Assembly: GCA_964247055.1 (NCBI GenBank)
Contig: OZ176052.1
Coordinates: forward strand, 3,658,001 to 3,722,000
Direction of reading: 5' to 3'
From: Paragordius varius
Lineage: Eukaryota > Animalia > Nematomorpha
DNA length: 64,000 bases
Positions within the stretch are counted from its first letter, which is position 1, and each line of letters begins with the position of its first letter. The notes beneath the pieces were generated by a model that made no database searches, was not told the DNA's origin, and worked only from the letters and a program-made list of their open reading frames with translations. The position numbers and the translations under genes were made by a program. Of this stretch, positions 37,373-49,700 are shown piece by piece.

Positions 37373-38439
37373 ATAACATGTAAGAGTGGAGAATTATAGG
37401 AAAGGCTAGACTTTATAACAATGATCTCTAACCTAGGGCCCCATAAAAATTATGGGGGGCTGAATAATATTTTTCCCTTTTTTCTAGTTACTAGAAATAT
37501 AGTAAAACCTAATAATTTAAATCTTTAAATAAGTTGTGTCCATGATTTCATAAGCAAAATTTGTTATCATAAAAGATAAATTTTTCTATCATTTGCTTCT
37601 AAATATAATGATATATGCCATCTCAATTTTAGGACTAATAAAAATAATAGAGCTATAATCAGTATTTGTGAGATCGAAATAAATTCGATAGGACCGTTTC
37701 GATTCAAATTATGGCATGGAATATATTTTTAACTTTTAGGAGGACGTATAGACAGAGAAAAGTTTTAAAACCGTAGTATTATCGATTGCGGATATATGCA
37801 TTTTTTAAAAATTTGTAATAAATATTTTTTGTAAGTTTTAAACCATATATCACGTAACAATAACTCAAAATCTGCATAATTCTAAATATTCAAATTGTCC
37901 GAGAGCTAGAGAAAGCGTTATATCGTGTATTATAAATAAATGAAAATAACTTAGTTTATAGAAAAAACTTTGTTTATTAGCGAAGACTGGTAAAGAAAAA
38001 AACTGTTGTTTAGTTGACATTTACCTTAGAGGTACCGCGCACAAAGCTTGGTTGTCCATCCTACATGCTTTTTTTAATATTTTTTCCTCAAAAATACATT
38101 TTATATATTTGACTTTTACTAGATAATTTTCTAATATTATTTTATATAAAATGTATGAAAATAAAAATAGTTACAATTTTTTTCTTATTTCCTCTTTTCG
38201 GAATTCTTTATTGAGTTGCTTTCCATCTATATTATTTGTTAATAAATATATATTTGGTTTACACACATATTGTGGTTCTGTTGCCCATAATTCCCCTTTG
38301 ATCAAGAATAATATTACTAATGAATTAAATGAAACCAATTTTTTACTAAATCTATGTTAAACTGACATCGAACTTACGAATTAAGTGCCATTTCAATTAT
38401 TTTCATTCCGTGTAAAGCGAAAAACAAAATGTACTTTTG

Positions 38440-38922
38440 ATGGCCCTATCTATTACACCGTTATCGTCAACGAATCCCCTTGTCACTCAGTATTACACCT
38501 TACCAATAATTTCATCTGCCGATAAAAATGTTCCTAATAATATCACTAAGAATACATTACTCACAACAAGTTCGACATTCAATGGCCTGGGTAATTTGAA
38601 CTTATCATTTATTCTTCGTTTCCGTTTTTACTTTAATATTCTTTTTAATTTTTCATATTGCTAAAGTTGCTGCTAAAAAGTTAACCTTTTAACTGTAGTA
38701 ATTTGAATTTTATTATTAATTAGACTCCTGTCAAAATTTGCATAAGTTTAAAAGAATCCAAAATACCGTAAGTAAGTTGTAACAGATATGCACCAATATT
38801 TTATATGATATTTATTTTTAGATTAGTTTCTTTAGAAGGTATCAAGACATTAATGCTTTTAATTTTAATTTAAAATGCCGTGTTATAATTTTATAATAAA
38901 CACAAGACAATTAAAAGTCAGC

Positions 38923-38958
<36 letters not shown>

Positions 38959-41900
38959 TAGTGTCTATTCATAAGTTTTTACGGGTTTTATATTAAAAAC
39001 ACTAGTAATTTTGAAAGGGATCAATATTTAATTCAAATATTGTGTGTCGCTTTCATACCATTCCTCTCATCATAAGGTAAAGCATAATTACCGTGCCAGA
39101 AAAACTGATTAACATTTGCGATATATCAATCGTCAAGCCATTTTTCAATGTTTTCAAAATTATTTCAGTGCTACTCTGCGAGGGGCCCTATTGATGCGAG
39201 GTTATATTAAATGGAGCTTGCAGGAGTCAGATGATGCGGAAAAAATTACCGTCGAAGCGATTTAAATGTGTCTCGTTGGTTTGCATGACGGGACGTCGTG
39301 TAGCATAGCAATATTTGTGGCTCATTCCAGTTGTTTTACAAATGCATGGTTTTAATTTGGAATAGCGACAGTGTTTTGCATAAATGCTCTTCTTCCCAAT
39401 TCGATGCTAAATTCGATGTTAAAGCAGGATTTCACAAGTTAGTTTGCAATTAACGATTTGATGTTTACTCCATTTATCATGTTTATTGGTCTTTCCTATT
39501 GCTCTTAGACATCTATTGATTGCTGATACATGTAATGGTGTAAATCTTTATCATCTTTGCAATTTGTAGCGTACAAGAGCGCCAACTTTCTTTCATCTTG
39601 TAAACTAAACGTTTACATTTTTAGAAACGATGTTTCACATGTTTCAATCAATGGAGCATGTTAACCATATGTTTCTACCAAACGAAACTTTCAGCGGTGT
39701 TAATTTCTCTGATGATGCAGGCCGCAAAATTCCTCTTCAGACACAAAATTCGACATAATTACTGAATGATAAAAACTAGACGCTAGTTTTTGGTATATTC
39801 AACTTGTGTGTGTTGTCGTTTATGTCAGATCATTGGGGTTTATAATAAATCGTTCGCGTATTTTTCTTTGACGTCTTTTAGTTAAACCAGTAATAGCTTA
39901 GGAATACAATACGTATATATAACAATGAATTAATCAAATCTGTCTCATTTAAGGCTAATTTGGTAAAATACACCTATATACTAAAATAGGTAACAATAGA
40001 AGTACCACAAACACATCTCAAAATCAAAACTTACCAGTTTATGAAACACACCATTATTTAATGAACAAATTACCCTATCAAGCGTCTTCAATCTTTGATA
40101 TAGCAACGCTCAAGAGTGCCGATATTATTAATAGCAATCTCAATCACAATCATCAGTATAGTAGTAATCTAACCAATAACTTGCAAAATACGTTGGATTC
40201 TTCCCTTTCTTCAGCATTTTCCACGGATTTCACTTCCCCAACAAATAGTAGCGTGAGTTTTGATGAAGTTTCCTACAATAACTTCAACAATAATAATATT
40301 AATAATTCATCGACATACATTAGTAACAATTTGTACCAAAGTGGATTTAGCATTTATGGTTTCCCTCACAATAAACAACGCAAAAGGACACATTATACTC
40401 AAGAACAACTAAACTGTTTGGAGGATTTGTTTCAAAAAAATCATTACCCAAATTCGGAGGAAAAGAAAAAATTATCATACAAAATCGATATTGAAGAGGC
40501 AAAAATACATGTATCATATTAAATAATTTTGATTTTTTGTTTAATTTAAATGTTTCTTGGGAAAATATTTCAATTTTTGGAAGTTATGAACAGATTAGCA
40601 AAAATACATAGTTTTATGGGGTACGCTTAAACCATATTTTATATATAGATTAATATGCTGTTTCGCATTCATTTATAAGTTTTTGTATTTTTAAGTGGTC
40701 AACCATCCTTTAAATAAATTAAGCACTTAGAGAATTTTTTTTGAAAAGACAACCATACTTTTTAAACTTTGAATTATCTTAATAACTATATTCCTTGATT
40801 GGGTGTGTTACCAATTTATATCTATATTCATTATTTTGCCAACCCAAAATAATGAGTTATAAACTTAAAAATCTTATTTGTCTGTTAGTTTATATATTTT
40901 GTCCGTATAATTTCAAAAATTACTGTACTTTAATTTTAGGTATGGTTTCAAAACCGAAGATCTCGCGAAAACAAAAGCAAGAAATTTGGCAATAAGAAAA
41001 TGAAGATGGCAACCAATTCGTTCGAAGGTTTTAATACATTGTTTAATTTGATTTATTTTATGGTATCGTTACGTCAGTACACTACTCACTATAATATGTT
41101 AACATTAAACTGAAACTTAATTAACCAGATTTTCAGTGTCGTGTTAATTAAAATATAGGTTTGACAAGACAAAGTTTTTCAAACAATTCCAAAGAATATA
41201 TTTTCCCTAGATGTTATCAGGTGATTAGTAATTTTTGGATGGCGATATTTAAGTAAACAAAAAAATATTTATTATTTTTACCATATATTAAAATGCTAAA
41301 TTCTATTAAATCATGTCCAAAAAATATTTGTGTTTCAATATCAACTTATCCGCAATAATGTTGGATTGTGACCTAATATTATTTATATAAAAATCACAGG
41401 TTTAAATAGGTAACAATCCAAATTTATTGAATTTACTATTTACATTACATATTTATTAAAAACATGAATTTTTAAGTACAAATTTGGAAAAGCAATCAAA
41501 AAGGCTTCATGGTGTTTTAACAGTTTGGGCACGACCTTTTCACTTTTTTGTCAGCGGTGGTAGTTTTTTATCCCAGTGCCCAATCTTGGAAATAAACTAC
41601 TGTTTTAAAGGTTATTATAGTTAAAATTTAATTATCTAAAAATGTTGTTTTGTATTAGATAAAAAGCTTATATTTTTACAGTTTTATGACTTCTAGAGTT
41701 TAAAATTGTTACCGCTTCAAATAAGACTAAACAGCTGTTATTAAATCGATAAATATCATGTTGCTGGTAAAGTGCAATTTGAAACCTTACTGTTTATCAT
41801 TTTCATTTTCTAACCATAATAAACATTTAATTGCCTATTCCATTTATCAAATCAAAAAAAAGATAAAAAATGGCGGCGAAAACGTTTGAGATAAGATTTT

Positions 41901-44900
41901 TTATTTATATTTTCAAAGAAATTTTTTTAGTATCGTGTGAAACGGCTAAATATCGCATATTTTTAATTCGACATAGTATCTTAAATACTTTTGCTTTATC
42001 GCATATTAAACTACACCAAAAGATGAAGTGTTAATCTAATTTTTAACATAGAGCATTTCCTAATCATGTCACTCAATATCTTTAATGTATTTTACAGTAA
42101 AAACTAAAATTATACTGACAAAACGAAAAATATAGAGACAATTTTTTTTTCAAAAGACAACCGTGCTTTTTCAAACCTTAATTTTTTTCCATATAAATTA
42201 TTTAATTACAATTGAAAATATATAACAGACAACAAATTTTAACTTTTTTAAACTGCCAATTTATTTCATTAAAGTACATATCTGAAAAGAAAATTGGTCT
42301 AGTATGAAAGAATTTTTTTATATTAGAGTTTATCGATATTTTTTGGCCTCGATTTAACATTAAACTCGAAAATTAAAAGTTTTTAGATATGAAGCCATGT
42401 ATTTTAAATCATTCGAAAGAGCGCAAAAAACTGAATTTTTAAATGGTAGTAAGTCATTTAAATCAAGCGGATGTAAAAGTTATTTGGATTTAAATGGTCG
42501 AAATTTTCAATCCTTAAATAAGTCAAGAATTTTCACAGACAAACCAATTTGAAAATCATATAAATTATTTTAATATAATTATTAGGGTTATATTAGTATT
42601 TAATTTAAAAAAAAATGTTTAAGCTTTTGGGTTGCTTTTTTTATAAAAAATAATTATTATCATAAATATTTTACCTAGTGGATACTAAAATGCATAGTTA
42701 TAACCGTAAATTTATTACATAATGGCTATAAAAGATCAAAAATACCTTAAACTTTGTTTATCTTTAAAATTTCGATATAATCAGCCTCGTAAAGAAAATA
42801 AATTAATATTGATGAGATGGTAATTTTTAAAAAACAAAAAACTTAAAATTGGCTGTTTTGAGTGACAAAGCAATAAAAAATGTTTTAATCAAAAAAACTT
42901 TCTTGTGTTATCTTTTTTGGACATTCATCACCATCTAAACAAAGTTTGAGCTATTTTCATCCATTAGTTTTAAAAATATAATAATTAAAAAAAATGCTCT
43001 CGCTTCGCGCGTTTGTCGCTCTTTGTGTCCAATATTAACTGTCGATGTAATACATATTAGTATTCATTTTATAAAGTTTTTATTACTCTTTCGATGGGCA
43101 TTACCCGTATATTTTCAAAAAACATTTTTTAGTAAAATTTTGATAAAGAGGGCCCATAATCAAAGAAATCAAATTATACAAAATTCTTCCATCGAGTTAT
43201 AATTTTTATTTCAGATTTACTGTTAAAATGATACTAAATATCAGAAAATGCAAAAAACTCGAGTGGCAGAAAAATTTGTTGTCCAGTGTAATTGATTATA
43301 TTACCAATTTACATCTCGATATACTTTTACTTTTAAAACCATTTATATTATAAAAATCAAGAATTATGAATTATGGTTGCTAGAAAACAATATTTGTCTT
43401 TTTTATATTTTTACGTTTTGTCCTTATAATATCAATTTTTACTGTATTTTTATTTATTTAAAAAATATTACCAGATTCGGAATCAAATTTATCACAAGAT
43501 ATTATGGATATGAATAATGAGAGTTATCAAAATGATCAATGTGAACAAAATAATACTACACATTTTAGAAGTAATAATTTGCTGGATTCAAGCTATAAAT
43601 CCTCCAATATTGGTTACACTTACAATAATAAAAATAATCAATATATTGAAATAGCAAACAATAACTGTAATAACATAAAAGCGCCAGAAACCTCTGACAA
43701 TATGTACTTTTTAAGCAAATACATATATGATAAAAAGACGAATCAAATCATAGAGCAAAAATTTGATTACAATAATGTCAAGAATTTGCTTATTCATAAT
43801 CAATCTCATATGAATGAGGTCCTACCAACTCCCCTACTTTCTAATTTTTTGAATAAATCTACTGGCAGTAATACAATGCAAAATGGTACATCAAATCACA
43901 TTTTACATGCCAAAAGTGGTATGCTAAATGTTCAATGGAACAACAATGTTATGTTTAAAAGCATTAATGATTCCAACAACCTTAATGGTAATGTTGCAAA
44001 CACAACTTACAATTTAAATGATTATATTAACATCAATAAAAATTTAATGGTGGCCAGTAAAGCAATGATTTTAACCAATTCAAACGGTTCTGCATATATC
44101 CCCAAAAATATTGTAAGTGATCAAAATTGTGCCATGGTAAAAGGCAATGATAATATATTAAACTTAAATCGGTCATCATCCATCCTCGATTTGGTTAATG
44201 CACAAAATTCTACGGTTCCAGCTTCAGCAACAACATTAGATAATTTGGTTTATAGCGTTTTGAACAAATGTAAACCAAGCATATATTTAGAGCATAATTA
44301 CAAAACAACATCGATTGAAAACGGAACATCAACTGCAATGACTGGCGACTCAAATAACAAAATTTATAATAATTTCAATATAAATGTTGATAAAGAGCCT
44401 GAAAATTATAATAAATATGATGTTAACACACCGAGTTATGGCCAGCAAGGAATTGACCCAAAACAAAAGTCCACGACGATGGATGAAATGATATCAAAAT
44501 CGTTACAACCAATCTCTGATTACGTTTGTAGCGGCGAACCTTATGAAAATTTTGGCTGCCAAGAGTATCCAGCAGTGTCTGATAATGCACATTGTTCAAA
44601 CAATTCGTCTTGGTCCTTTTTTCTCGATGACACGGTGGATAATGGAATGGATCTTTGCAATGAAGAATTCGCCGCACATAATAGTATCAGTACGCCAAAT
44701 TATTACGAGAATAAAACACCCTCACCCCTATTCGATTTCCCTACCGATATATTTCAATCAAGCCCACTACCTTTGAGTGTTACTACGGGCAAAAACAGTT
44801 TTATTCATACTACACATAATTATTTCCCGAATGAATCAATCAATGATGACTTATATACAGATTCATGTCCACAAGTTGATGATAATTATGAATTAAAAAA

Positions 44901-45252
44901 TTTTCTGGTCCCATCGCCGAAATATGAGATACCCGGTCTGAAATCGCTAAATGAACAACCCAGCTTCTTTGAAACATTGAGCAAAATACAATTTGAGGAA
45001 AGCTTTAAGCAACCGACAAACCAATTACCCCCTTTGTCATTTTATTTTAAGCATAGCAACAATCATAGTTTTAAGGACAATGCTGATACAACAAGCAAAG
45101 AAACGTTTGATTTTTTTCATGATGAAACACCCATAAATATGGCAGAAACTTTACCATCCAATTTATCTTACAATATTAATAATAGCAATCTTAACGGCCT
45201 TTACGATGGGTTTGAAATGGCAGACATATTCCCAAATTATGAAAATATGTGA
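38440..45252 (+). CDS. Divergent PRD-class (Q50) homeodomain transcription factor, ~829 aa, Asn-rich
   Basis: Exons 38440-38590, 40038-40510, 40940-41027 and 43475-45252 (2490 nt, phases 1,0,1). The homeodomain KQRKRTHYTQEQLNCLEDLFQKNHYPNSEEKKKLSYKIDIEEAKIH|VWFQNRRSRENKSK has its intron between residues 46 and 47, the position typical of PRD-class genes. Exon 1 is the least certain. Confidence 0.85.
38923..38958. repeat. (AT)n microsatellite
   Basis: 36 bp of AT repeat with one C interruption. Shorter (AT)n runs occur near 1270 and 9400. Confidence 0.95.
39040..39890 (-). mobile_element. Decayed DNA transposon, probably MULE-type transposase relic
   Basis: Locally higher GC and full of stops. 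The minus strand gives N(H)AFV..WNEPQILLCY across a frameshift, and FFWHGNYALPYDERNGMKATHNI. These resemble MULE NAF...LLCxxH and TNNxxExxxN motifs. The segment 39735-39890 is repeated at ~13515-13670. Confidence 0.45.
41521..42030. mobile_element. TTAA-flanked (piggyBac-type) non-autonomous element
   Basis: TTAA at 41517-41520 and 42031-42034. The internal AAAATGGCGGCGAAAA.GTTTGAGAT.AG and the GAAGTGTTAA end are shared with copies at ~24600-25100, ~31480-31915 and, inverted, ~60650-60900. TIR identity is weak. Confidence 0.6.
42226..43288. mobile_element. Family B Tc1/mariner-type element, inverted relative to 20197-21304
   Basis: Ends AAATTTGTTGTCCAGTG-TA at 43288. It is collinear with the reverse complement of 20197-21304 over about 1 kb. 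The left TIR is damaged (CAGACAACAAATTTT). It lies in homeobox intron 3. Confidence 0.8.
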
Positions 45253-46773
45253 ACATTAAAATCAAGGTGCCATTTTGTGAACAATAATTTATTGCAATAA
45301 TTAGCATTCAGGATCTCCTCTTAATACACGAAATAATGCACAATCGTCGGATAATAGCAAATTATATATACAACTCAGGAGTTTCTAAAGCATATATATA
45401 TATTATAATGCCATAAGAAATTAAATTTGCTCAAATTTTTATTTATACAAATGAAAATATTCGCTAATTTATAATATATGATAGATATATATAGATTAAG
45501 ACCAAAGTTATTTGAATCTATACTATGTAAAACAGCAAATTATTTTGACCTATAGTTAATTCATAGTTTTATTAATTTAAATAAAGTTATATTTTGATAT
45601 TATTATAGTTAATAAATTTTTTCTATAATAATTTTAATTAAATTAAAGAGAACGGTTGCTTATAAGGCTTTTGTTAGATGTATGCTTAAAAATGATGTGC
45701 CAAAATTTTCAGCATTCCTTTCGCAATCCCTTTGGTCCTAACATAGTTTCTTTAACAAAAATAACTTAGATGTATCAAATTTTTTGGACAAATAACACGG
45801 CTCAATACCAGGACCAAGAAATAAAATAAAAAAATGTTTTCCCATTCTACCTGATTCATTAAAAAATAAAAAAATTTTCAAACCAAATAGTTCCGCTTCC
45901 AAAGATTTTTTGCCATTTTGATTTAGATTCCATTTTATTTGGTTAAAGGGTTTGGATTTCGATTTTTTTTTTAAAAATTTACATATAACCTAACTTTATT
46001 ATCAAATGTGATCAACGTAAAATTGAAGCCATATAAATTTATCTTTCTCTTTACTTTACGATAAAATATCTAAATGATAATTAAACGAAATATTTAACGA
46101 TATTCATCTATAAAGTTAAAATTGATTTATGTAAAAGCTATAAGTTTTTTTATTTATTACCTAACCGCAGGTTAACTATTTTAAAAACTTTTTGATGCAA
46201 CACTTCTTGAGGTCCGCCGTTCCAATCCCATGAGTTTTTTTAATTATCTCAGCAACGGTTTAAATTTTTAAGGTGACAGTACTGTCCTTTTAACACAAAG
46301 ACACAAAATAAAACGCGGTTTAAAATTAAAATACCTTTAGATTCAGCAAACTTAGTTTTTTATTTCAGTTACATAATAAATTATAGGATTTAAATTTATT
46401 TACCAATTTTTAAAGTTATGGATGTCGAAATTTAAAAATACAGATTACATATAAAATTACGAAATATTTAAGTTAAAAATAATTGTAAATTGTATGATAA
46501 AAAATATTTGGTTGTATTACAATGATTGTTTTGATATTGCCTGTTTTGCATATATGCAAAATATATAAAAATTTTAATTATAATGTTTGAATATTAATTT
46601 GTTTAATCAATCACATAGAATCCATATTATTCATAAATTAAAATACATAATATAAATTATTAATAAAGCAGCGGTTTACAAGCAGAATCAAAAAAATTAC
46701 AAAATATCATATAAATTAATTTTAAAATTATATGCAAGCAACCTAAAGATCATTATATATACTAAGTATAAAA

Positions 46774-49700
46774 TTATCGAACTGCATGTATTTTACAAAA
46801 TGGTAATCCATCTTTGGCGAAAAAACTTTGGCCTTCCAATGGTTTATTGCACACCTAATAATATATATAAATATTTCAAATTATTCAAACTTAATTTAAA
46901 TAGTGTATAAAAATTTAAATATTAACACTTTATTACCTTTTGGGGTAATTTTATAAAAATTATTTATGATATTGGGTCAAATCTTAAAATGTGCATACTA
47001 TGGCCTTTTAGTCACATTATACATATATATTTTTTAAACATTTAAAATCTAAAATATCTTCAACACAAACTTTTAGCTCTCATTATTTTTTTAATTTTTT
47101 TATAGTCAAAATGCAAGTAATATATTATAGTTATAAAATACAATTATTGAAATATGCTTATATTATTTGATGATAATTGATGATTATGATTTATATATTG
47201 GCTGTTTGCTTTAAATGGATTTGAGTGCTATCTAAATTTAGATGCTAAAATCTACAAATCTTAAAAAAGTGTAAACCATTTTGCCTAAGATATGAGTTTT
47301 TAAATTTATTTTAGTCCATCTTTAAAAAATTTAATATATTAAAATTTTTAAGCTTTAGGAATTAACCCAATTAAGTATGCCATATAAAAATATTCAAAAG
47401 GTAATAAAGTGTGTCCGATGTATCTTCCTTAACACACATTATAATACCGATATTTTGTTAACTTACGCTGCATTTAAAGCATTCTGAATGGAAAGATTTA
47501 TTTAGAGCTTCTACCCAACGTTGATTAGCTTGAATAGGTCTATGACATCCATCACATTTTATCGTGAATATATTGTTCCAATCTATATAAATAATTTAAA
47601 ATAAAGTTAATCTTATCACCAGCCAGAAAAATATTACAGTTAAATAATTTAATTGTTGAAATTATACCATTTTCGCAGTACGGTTGACCATTTTCCATGT
47701 AAAAGGTTGAATTACCAAATGGCCGGTGACATTTGGCACAACAAAAGCATTCTGGATGCCATGGTTTATCCAAAGCATTTAAGCAATCCTTTTAACAATT
47801 GAATTTTACAATTAATAAAAATTACTGATTAATCGCATAGACGTCAAGAAATATGCAAAGCTTAAAATTTATAACTTGATTTTAATTTCCTGACACTTCT
47901 AATTAGTAGATTAATTCTAATGTTTGGTTAAAAAGGCAAAATAATTTGATTATAATATGAATTAATGATTATATTATTCCTGCCTAATTTTTGGCAAGCC
48001 GATTTTACCAATATATAATTGTATCCGACATTTTAGATGCATCGTGGAGAAATGGTTAAAATATAAAGTATTATAAATAAAAATTATTACTCCTAAAATG
48101 GCTCTACCACACTTTGTGCAACGCGGTGCAAAATATTGTTCATAACATCGTTCACAATATATTTTGCCCTTTTCTTCGACGAAACCCGTAGTCTGAAGCG
48201 GGGCATGGCAAGAAGGATGAGAACATTCAAAATGGTTTGGGCACCAAGCTTTGTTGAGCGCGCTGATGTATGGACCTCTGTATTATTTAAAATTATAATG
48301 AAACACAACACAATATGGATAATTTAAAATATTATAATAAGTTTTAGAGGTAAAGAAAAAATTCTTTGTGGTTAAAATTACAGCTTGGCCGATACAAAAG
48401 ATTTGTTTAAACATTCAAATTTTCATCTTTTCATGATATATGATGAAAATTTTACTCCTTATTTATCACAGTAATTTATAGTGTTCAGATTCTGTAAAAT
48501 ACTACAAAGGAAAATATATGCCAATTTCCCATTTTAATACTAATTTTCAAGTAATTATATACGAGTTTGACAAAAATATATAGTTTTAGCCAACTATAAT
48601 CAAAATACAAAAAGTTATTTTCAAAAAAGAAAAAAGTGTTACATAAAATAGTAAATACCGTATAAAATTGTGACATTGTTCACATTGAGGCATTTTTACA
48701 CCAGGCACCAGAGTTTCATTGAAAATTCCATGTCCTAAAATACGTGTATTAAATATTTTTATAATAACTGGTCAATGGCAAATTTTATTTATAATGTACA
48801 ATGATAAAGAAGCATTCAATACGCTATTAGACTAACACAAAGGCACTCAAAACGCGGCCCACGGAAGCGGTTTTAAAAATGCCTTTTTCTGACCTTCAAT
48901 TTTAATCTAATTTTTTGATATATGAAGGGTCTAATAGCCATCCAATATTTGTTGGTATTGTATAGTGCACAGGCAAAATTAATTTATTTGGCCCTTCAAA
49001 TATTTGGTGAGCACACCACTTGTCTAAAAATTAAACCAAAATTTGTCCTTTTATCATTCAAACGATCATAATCTCAACATCTTTTTGTAATTCATTATTT
49101 TCCAACTATCAGACATCGACACAAAAATAGAAAAGCAAATATAAAAAAGGTTTAAAAAATTAGGTTCTACCAATCAACAAGGAAGGAAAAAAATTATTTA
49201 ATGTATTCGTATGTATATATTTATGACAAACCTCGTCGCATCATAGATTTATTGGCTTCAGCCGTTCCACCCCCAATTCCAGCATTTGCGGCCCCAATAA
49301 TTCCTGGTTGACTTGTTACGGTATCGTAATTTCGGTCAGAAGTAACTTGAATGGGTATTTGAGTCGAGTTATTACCGTATGATCCTTGTGGAAGGTAGTA
49401 ATTTGTTTGTTGAGGAGGTGATAATTGCCTTACCTGCTGTTGTTGATAAGTGTTGGTTTGGTCAATATTGTTGGAAACAGAGGGAACTATTTTAAATATT
49501 TTGATGTTAAAAATGTAATATATCAAGTTTTGCAAACTGATATATGACACCACTTAATTTAAGAGATTAACGTTGTTTAAATTACAATCCAATAACTTAA
49601 AAAATAAAGCATTCAATACTTGAGAACAAAAAGAGAAACACAACATTAAGAATTTTTATAAGGATATTTTGTTAATAATTGTAAATTATACCTGGTGGTC

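Noticed and set aside
44423-44776. Short ORFs overlapping the last homeobox exon
   Set aside because: They are shadow frames of a 1.8-kb coding exon.
48093-48327. Track ORFs at the LIM2 exon
   Set aside because: They are in the wrong frame or on the wrong strand. The true frame (GPYISALNKAWCPNHF...) has no ATG and is joined by splicing.
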